Virus record (IMG/VR): IMGVR_UViG_3300008629_000003
Span: 8,694-72,693 of that record
Direction: 5' to 3' (one strand)
DNA length: 64,000 nucleotides
DNA from: a virus
Shown here: piece by piece, positions 58,542 to 64,000 of the stretch
Numbering within the stretch: position 1 is the stretch's first letter
Layout: every line of letters starts with the position of its first letter
Translations under genes and position numbers: made by a program
The notes under the pieces: generated by a model
What the model was told of the DNA's origin: nothing
Databases searched by the model: none
What the model saw: only the letters and a program-made list of their open reading frames with translations

Positions 58542-59281
58542 GCTCACAGTCAGATCGGCGCACCTTGCGGCTCTGCCGCGCGTTGACTTTGTATGGGCGG
58601 CTATCAGGACATGAATGGTGCGTCCTTATGGTCATGGTCGACCAAACCTGGGGGCGGGGCTCTAACGTAATTCAGATCAGCCTCTCGGAGATCACGCGCT
58701 TGTTGCCGGCTGTGTCGTACCACTCGATCCGCGAAAGCATTAGGCGGCTGAAATGCCCCGCCGTCGCGGTGGTGCGCAACGGCACCCAGGGTCACGGGAT
58801 CCTATTAGCCGACGACTTTAACCACCCGTCGCGTCAGGGCCGGAAATACAAGATCGTCGAAGACTGGAGGGTGTGGGGATGGCCCTCCGACGTCTCGCTG
58901 GATGCTATTAGTGGAGTTTTAGACCGACACTTCGCCGCACCGTTGCCCGAGACGTGGCCCGCCGCCGCGGCAGACCTCGCGGGCTGGTTGCTGCGCTATG
59001 TCGAAACGGTGCGCGGCACAGACGCGGAGCTCCCTAAGCGTTCCAGCGACGACCTAGTGTGGCAGCGCTGGTGTACTTGCTTCGCGGAATTGTTACCCCA
59101 TCACCACCCAGAGACCCTCCGCGCTATTCTCGATTGGTGCTTTGGGCCTAGCCTGACCCGGTGGGGTCAAAGGCTATGCAACGGCACGCCTGACAAGATA
59201 TTGCGGAGGCACTTTCCCGAAATTCTCCAACACTGGCGCAAGTCACGACACCAAACGACTTGGTCTTTTTCGGATGCCTGA
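58538..59281 (+). CDS. Phage replication initiator (lambda O-like wHTH)
   Basis: LSGHEWCVLMVMVDQTWG..ISLSEI; C-terminal ILDW...PDKILRRHF. Confidence 0.6.
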   Translation: MSSQSDRRTLRLCRALTLYGRLSGHEWCVLMVMVDQTWGRGSNVIQISLSEITRLLPAVSYHSIRESIRRLKCPAVAVVRNGTQGHGILLADDFNHPSRQGRKYKIVEDWRVWGWPSDVSLDAISGVLDRHFAAPLPETWPAAAADLAGWLLRYVETVRGTDAELPKRSSDDLVWQRWCTCFAELLPHHHPETLRAILDWCFGPSLTRWGQRLCNGTPDKILRRHFPEILQHWRKSRHQTTWSFSDA

Positions 59282-59369
59282 TGTCTCTTGCCTCACCTAT
59301 TCGTCTAATCATGCGCGGCCTCATGGCTTTGCTGGACGCGCGCATAGCGCGCCAAAACTTCTACCACGA

Positions 59370-60050
59370 TCACGCCAGCGCAACGGCCAAATCAATCGCG
59401 CGGTAGACGCTATAGAAGATAGCCGCCTCTACCGTCGCGGCTTCCATTTCGGCTAATCCGCCGTCGGCGCCCGGTGGCTGCGAGCCAACCAGCGTCGTAA
59501 AAAGGGCTACGGACTGAAACCGACGAACCCGCCACCGGGCGTCCTTTGTTTTGGTTTTGGGAAGCTTGGACCAAACTCCATACGCCAACGGTTTGGCGCC
59601 GTGCAACACACACCATCCTCCCGACACACCCGGGTCTATGCCTACTGATATCGACGTTTTACCGCCGCGCTGTTGTCGGTACCGGGCCGCGGTTTGCGCG
59701 TGTTTTGCCATCCAAGCCGCTTCAGCAATTGCGCCGCGTTCAGCTTTTGTCAGTTTGCCAGAAAACACCAGGCCGAGATACTTTTCCGCTCTGTCGATGG
59801 CCATCGCTTCAGCTTTTCCCTTCGGCGTCTTTGCTGGTATGCCTGCGTTTTGTGGACGCCACTTCCACGCCGGAGGGCGCGTTAGCTCTATCGTAGACAG
59901 GTCCAACCCTTGCGATTGCAGCGCCGCGTAAATCGCCGCCCGAATGACGCCGGCCGATTCTGCTAAGACCATTTGCTCGTTGACTTTGATCTTCCCGTCG
60001 CGTTTTGGCACGAACAGTCCCTCTATCGCCACGCCTAGAACTTTGGTCAT
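59370..60050 (-). CDS. RuvC-like Holliday junction resolvase, circularly permuted
   Basis: Motif order VAIE, P.WK, AIAEA, then VGIDPGVSGG. Confidence 0.6.
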   Translation of the reverse strand: MTKVLGVAIEGLFVPKRDGKIKVNEQMVLAESAGVIRAAIYAALQSQGLDLSTIELTRPPAWKWRPQNAGIPAKTPKGKAEAMAIDRAEKYLGLVFSGKLTKAERGAIAEAAWMAKHAQTAARYRQQRGGKTSISVGIDPGVSGGWCVLHGAKPLAYGVWSKLPKTKTKDARWRVRRFQSVALFTTLVGSQPPGADGGLAEMEAATVEAAIFYSVYRAIDLAVALA

Positions 60051-60310
60051 GGCTCCACCTTGCGCCAAAACACTGTGTCCGATCCGTCTTGGATGCCGTT
60101 AAACGGCGTGCGGTTTCCTCTATGGTCGCGCATTGACCTCGAAACTTCCCACCACCCCTGAAGCTTTATTTTGCGCCCGCGGGCCGTTTTTGCAGTCTTA
60201 TATTGCGGCGGGTGGTACGTCTTGAGAACTACCCGTATGTACTCGGGAAAAACCAGGCATTTGACCCACCAAACTTGGCCGCGGCACTTCTCACTCCTTG
60301 GAGGCTGCAC
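60047..60310 (-). CDS. Hypothetical protein
   Basis: Tight packing in the operon. Confidence 0.45.
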   Translation of the reverse strand: MQPPRSEKCRGQVWWVKCLVFPEYIRVVLKTYHPPQYKTAKTARGRKIKLQGWWEVSRSMRDHRGNRTPFNGIQDGSDTVFWRKVEP

Positions 60311-60707
60311 CCTTCACCTCGTCTTCGCTTGCGTGTTCCAGCATGACCGGCAGTCCCAAAATGCCGGTGTACCTTTGATAGTCCGTAGCCACCCACGATA
60401 AAACGCCAAAGACCTCGCGCCAGGTACAACCCCTAATTGCTTCCATAGACTCTAGCCGCGAAATTCTAAGACGCCAATTTCGCGCGATCAATGCTGCGCC
60501 AACCGTTGCCAACGGCACCCCGGGCATTTCGACAAACGTACCGGACGGCTTGGCGGCGCATTTGCTCACCGCAATGACTCTCCACTGCCGATGAAAGGCA
60601 TCCTCCACCACTTCCGAGGCTAATCGCTCGGCGTCCAGGTCTACCTCTACAAACCGCACGGCCGCACCAAGCCGAACGACCGCGTAGTGTTTAGGCCACG
60701 CGGTCAT
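60291..60707 (-). CDS. Hypothetical protein
   Basis: ATGA overlap. Confidence 0.55.
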   Translation of the reverse strand: MTAWPKHYAVVRLGAAVRFVEVDLDAERLASEVVEDAFHRQWRVIAVSKCAAKPSGTFVEMPGVPLATVGAALIARNWRLRISRLESMEAIRGCTWREVFGVLSWVATDYQRYTGILGLPVMLEHASEDEVKGAASKE

Positions 60708-60991
60708 ACCGGATCCCCATAGCCGCGCACGGCCTGAACCAGGCCCAGCATCTTGGCCGGCACTTCTTCGGCTTTACATGCCACCCGAAACGTGAGCGGC
60801 CCGATGTCGAGCTCCAATCGCTCCATATACGCGTCATACTCCCACTCGCTGTAAGACCCCTCAAAAATCAGGTCGTTTGTTTGGGCGCTCCACAAATGCC
60901 CACCCGTTGGATTTTTCCATATCCTGCCCAACATTTCGCACGTCGCGGGCGCTTTGTTCCAACCGAATCCATGCATCGGGTCTCTGTTCAT
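60704..60991 (-). CDS. Hypothetical protein
   Basis: ATGA overlap. Confidence 0.55.
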   Translation of the reverse strand: MNRDPMHGFGWNKAPATCEMLGRIWKNPTGGHLWSAQTNDLIFEGSYSEWEYDAYMERLELDIGPLTFRVACKAEEVPAKMLGLVQAVRGYGDPV

Positions 60992-61782
60992 TCACCGGCC
61001 GGGGTTTGAACCTGACCAAACAGCGTCGGCTGGGGTTCAAAGCGACTTTGATCTGCGACTACTGGCCGACCCATCGCCACCGCCGAAATGCGCTCATGCG
61101 CCTTGGCTAAATACTCCGGCGACCAGTCGCACCCGATGAACTTCCGCCCCATGGATACGGCTGCGATTCCCGTGGACCCGGCACCCATGAAGCAGTCCAC
61201 AACCAAGTCCCCGGGCTCGGTCGAGACCTGTATAAGCTTGGCCAAAACGTCGGTCGGTTTCTCAGTCGGGTGCGCCCGCTTGGTCGGATGGACTCTCTTT
61301 CCCTTCAGTACGTTTGTGATCGTGGTGTCAAAACAGCGCGCGGTGCCGGTGCACATTGCCAAGATCAGCTCATGCTGAGGCCGAAAGGCGGTCCCCATGC
61401 CACCGCTTCCCTTGTCCCAGACCAAAAGCGCGCGGAACCTCAGCCCGCCGCTTTCGATCGCCGGCTGCAAGATGGGCATCATTCGCCAGTCGCAAAAGAC
61501 AAACATCCACCCGCCGTCGATAAGCACCCGGGAGGCTTCTATCGATACCTCTCGCAGGAGCCAAACCAGACCCCCGGTTCCCATGTTGTCGTTGTCAAAC
61601 CATCCCTCCTCTTTACGAATCTCGTGCCGCATTCCTTGGCACGTGGCGTTGCGTCGCTGCGTCTCCGAAAAGCCCCCGGAACAATACGGGGGGTCGATTA
61701 AAACACACGCCGCCGAATTCGGGGTGAGGGCTTGCATAAACGCCAACGCGTCGCCCTGAAAGAGGGTAGCCGCTCTATCCAT
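60988..61782 (-). CDS. DNA methyltransferase (N6A/N4C, beta class)
   Basis: IDPPY, HPTEKP, VDCFMGAGSTG. Confidence 0.9.
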   Translation of the reverse strand: MDRAATLFQGDALAFMQALTPNSAACVLIDPPYCSGGFSETQRRNATCQGMRHEIRKEEGWFDNDNMGTGGLVWLLREVSIEASRVLIDGGWMFVFCDWRMMPILQPAIESGGLRFRALLVWDKGSGGMGTAFRPQHELILAMCTGTARCFDTTITNVLKGKRVHPTKRAHPTEKPTDVLAKLIQVSTEPGDLVVDCFMGAGSTGIAAVSMGRKFIGCDWSPEYLAKAHERISAVAMGRPVVADQSRFEPQPTLFGQVQTPAGE

Positions 61783-62309
61783 CAGTACCTCCGACGTGGC
61801 GACCACCAGCTTGGCCCCGTCTTGCGACTATATGACCGCCCGCGCGTTGACTCCAATCCATTAGCCCGCCGCGTCGGCTCGGGGTCGGCCCAAAGCTCCC
61901 CAACCGTCAACCGTCCAAAAGCCTCGGGGTTGACGGCGTGGAGCTCGCGCAACTTTGAAATCTCGTACCCCCAACCAAACAACAACACCCGATCGGATTC
62001 GAACAACGCCTCAAACTCTTTTGGATACGTCGTGTATTCAAAATGCGCCGTGCCGCCCGTCCGCAACATTCCAATCGGCGAACCATCCGGGGCCTTTTTT
62101 TGAGCATGAGCCCACCCGCGCAAAGTCGTGAGCGGAATTTCCCCAATTGCAAACTCCTTCAACTTTTCCAAGGTACTGACACGCGCAACAATCGACGCAC
62201 GCACACACCCGAACCCATACGCAAAGCCGGCCGGATACGCCTTCCACTTTTTCGCTTCTCGACCAGGAAACAGGCTCAGGCTCCAACACCCGCGCTGAAC
62301 ACGTTGCAT
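61782..62309 (-). CDS. Hypothetical protein
   Basis: GAGGTG RBS. Confidence 0.55.
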   Translation of the reverse strand: MQRVQRGCWSLSLFPGREAKKWKAYPAGFAYGFGCVRASIVARVSTLEKLKEFAIGEIPLTTLRGWAHAQKKAPDGSPIGMLRTGGTAHFEYTTYPKEFEALFESDRVLLFGWGYEISKLRELHAVNPEAFGRLTVGELWADPEPTRRANGLESTRGRSYSRKTGPSWWSPRRRY

Positions 62310-62375
62310 ACTCACCTCTCTTATAGCATAGCGCAGCCGCGCACACGTCGCAACGCCGCGCAATACTTGCGGGGG

Positions 62376-62648
62376 CTAATTCTTGCGGTTCGGGGCCTTT
62401 TTTGTGCCGGCTCGACAATGCCTACACATCGGCACATTGATCCCGTTTACCTTGTGCACCAGCACAACCTCTCGAAACCTTTGGAGAACCCATTGGTCGC
62501 CCGGCACCCAATCGGGAGCATCTACCGAGCGCGGTAACCACCGCGCCGGGTCTCGTCTGTGCCGCAACACTTCGCTCCGATCTCGCACGGCACAGCGACG
62601 CACCGTGTGACGCTCGGACCCGCACTGCCCTGAACACTCGCACGTCAT
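62376..62648 (-). CDS. Small Cys-rich (HNH-like zinc finger) protein
   Basis: CECSGQCG...MCRHC. Confidence 0.5.
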   Translation of the reverse strand: MTCECSGQCGSERHTVRRCAVRDRSEVLRHRRDPARWLPRSVDAPDWVPGDQWVLQRFREVVLVHKVNGINVPMCRHCRAGTKKAPNRKN

Positions 62649-63676
62649 GAGCGCCTCCAGCTTTCGCCGCCCAGCAAGTGGACCGCCCCCATCATCTGGG
62701 CAAGACGATCGCCCACCCGAAACCCATAGCGGCCGGGCTTGCTGTGTCCCGTGTTCATTAGAGCGTTCCACGACACATTGGACGTAATGAACGTCGGCAA
62801 ATTGCGATCGTACCGACCGCAGATCAGCCTCTCGATCTGCGACGTCACATAGTCGGCCTGTTTCGCCGAATTCATCGGACTTGTGCCCAAGTCATCCAGC
62901 AACAGCAACGGCACCTCACACGCACGGCCTAGAGGATCCTTGTCTTTACTCCAGCTCAGCTCTTGCCGCCTCACCAACTCGGCCTCCGTAGTGCAAAACA
63001 CCTCCATAGAGCTCGAATAGCGCAACAGGTAACGGTCCCGACTGGCGCGGCGCATCGCTGGAATATCCACGCTTTCCCCGAAAGCGCTCCGCATCTCTTC
63101 GTCTGTTCGCACCTTCCACTCTTCATCACCCGAACCCAACATCTTGGTCGCCATCGCAGCACAGAGCAGAGATTTCCCAACACCGACCGGCCCATGCAAA
63201 AAAACCCCGAGGCGTTTCGCCGGATCCCAATCGTGCAAATCAATAAAAGCCGAACCATTCCCAGCCGCCACGCCTATGGTCGGCCGATGCGCCAACATCA
63301 CCCGGCGCCGAAACTCCGCGGACGGCTCGCCCCCGTCTTGAGTAACAAACACGTCCATCCGATAGGATCGAAAACGCTCGGGCACCCCTGCGCGCTTTTG
63401 CCGCGCAAGCAACGAGCGCTCCGTCTGATCGCGCTCTACTCCATCCTGGCACCGCTCACACGGCGACACCGACGGCCGGAACCACCGCGGACGCGCGACC
63501 GCTATATGCGCCAGTCGCGGCGGCGGTTCCCACCAACTCCAAAAACCCACCACCCCGCACCCACAGGTCACTGGCGCCGGCTCTACGTTGTGATCGTACA
63601 AATCCCACGAAACGCCGATCCCGGTGTCTACCCAGCCGGCCAAATCGTCTATCTCAAAATCATCATTTCGCTGCAC
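62645..63676 (-). CDS. DnaC/IstB-like AAA+ helicase loader
   Basis: GPVGVGKS, LLLLDDLG, PTFITSN, RVGDRL. Confidence 0.85.
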   Translation of the reverse strand: MQRNDDFEIDDLAGWVDTGIGVSWDLYDHNVEPAPVTCGCGVVGFWSWWEPPPRLAHIAVARPRWFRPSVSPCERCQDGVERDQTERSLLARQKRAGVPERFRSYRMDVFVTQDGGEPSAEFRRRVMLAHRPTIGVAAGNGSAFIDLHDWDPAKRLGVFLHGPVGVGKSLLCAAMATKMLGSGDEEWKVRTDEEMRSAFGESVDIPAMRRASRDRYLLRYSSSMEVFCTTEAELVRRQELSWSKDKDPLGRACEVPLLLLDDLGTSPMNSAKQADYVTSQIERLICGRYDRNLPTFITSNVSWNALMNTGHSKPGRYGFRVGDRLAQMMGAVHLLGGESWRRS

Positions 63677-64000
63677 AACGCCCTCCTAGTGTTTTGCTCT
63701 TCAACAACTCCAGCGCTTCCAAACCTTTCGTCAAGTCTTCGGCGGTCATCCCAGCGTGATGACCGGCCTTGGCCACCCTGGTATCATTCGCCCCGCCTGG
63801 CCCCTTTGGTGGAGTCTTGCCCAACACGAGCCAATCGTTCAACCCCCGCGTGAACTTCTTCGTCGACGGTGGAGCCTCCGTGGGAAACACACCATCACCA
63901 CACACCTCGGCTTCCAAATACGCCACGATCGCCAACCTCAACTCATCCATCGAGCGCGCCTGTCGTACCCACTTGCGCCGGCGTCGGTCATCCGGCCGTC
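63663..64000 (-). CDS. Hypothetical protein, probably truncated by the window edge
   Basis: Frame stays open from 63950 to the end of the window. Confidence 0.45.
   Translation of the reverse strand, partial: RPDDRRRRKWVRQARSMDELRLAIVAYLEAEVCGDGVFPTEAPPSTKKFTRGLNDWLVLGKTPPKGPGGANDTRVAKAGHHAGMTAEDLTKGLEALELLKSKTLGGRCAAK

Noticed and set aside
62963-63853. Long + strand ORF and many similar antisense ORFs
   Set aside because: Shadow frames of GC-rich genes on the opposite strand, with no motifs or RBS
1-64000. Stop-codon reassignment, tRNAs, introns or inteins
   Set aside because: Genes are intact and tightly packed under the standard code; no cloverleaf or splice motifs were recognised by eye, though this was not computationally excluded

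Overview
About 64 kb of a high-GC tailed phage with a contractile (myovirus-type) tail; no host chromosomal genes, integrase or tRNA are recognisable. (1) 1-6.7 kb, + strand: an early/host-takeover-like array of small genes with two near-identical sigma70 promoters, four copies of a bulged GC hairpin, and a hairpin carrying the antisense of a shared ribosome-binding site. (2) 6.9-57.2 kb, - strand: a complete virion module (terminases, portal, MuF, protease, scaffold, capsid, neck, sheath, tube, frameshifted chaperone, tape measure, baseplate, fibre). An ~18 kb block of giant multidomain proteins sits between MuF and the prohead protease. It encodes two different ADP-ribosyltransferases, a topoisomerase IB, a kinase-like domain and two SNF2-like ATPases. 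Their domains are punctuated by a [LMV]-x-K-[AGS] motif that also occurs in capsid, scaffold, protease and portal. I infer these are capsid-packaged, protease-processed effector polyproteins; this is the main candidate novel system. (3) 57.3-64 kb: tandem-HTH regulator, replication initiator, a circularly permuted RuvC-like nuclease, a DNA methyltransferase and a DnaC-like loader. All calls come from motif recognition by eye; no database searches were run.
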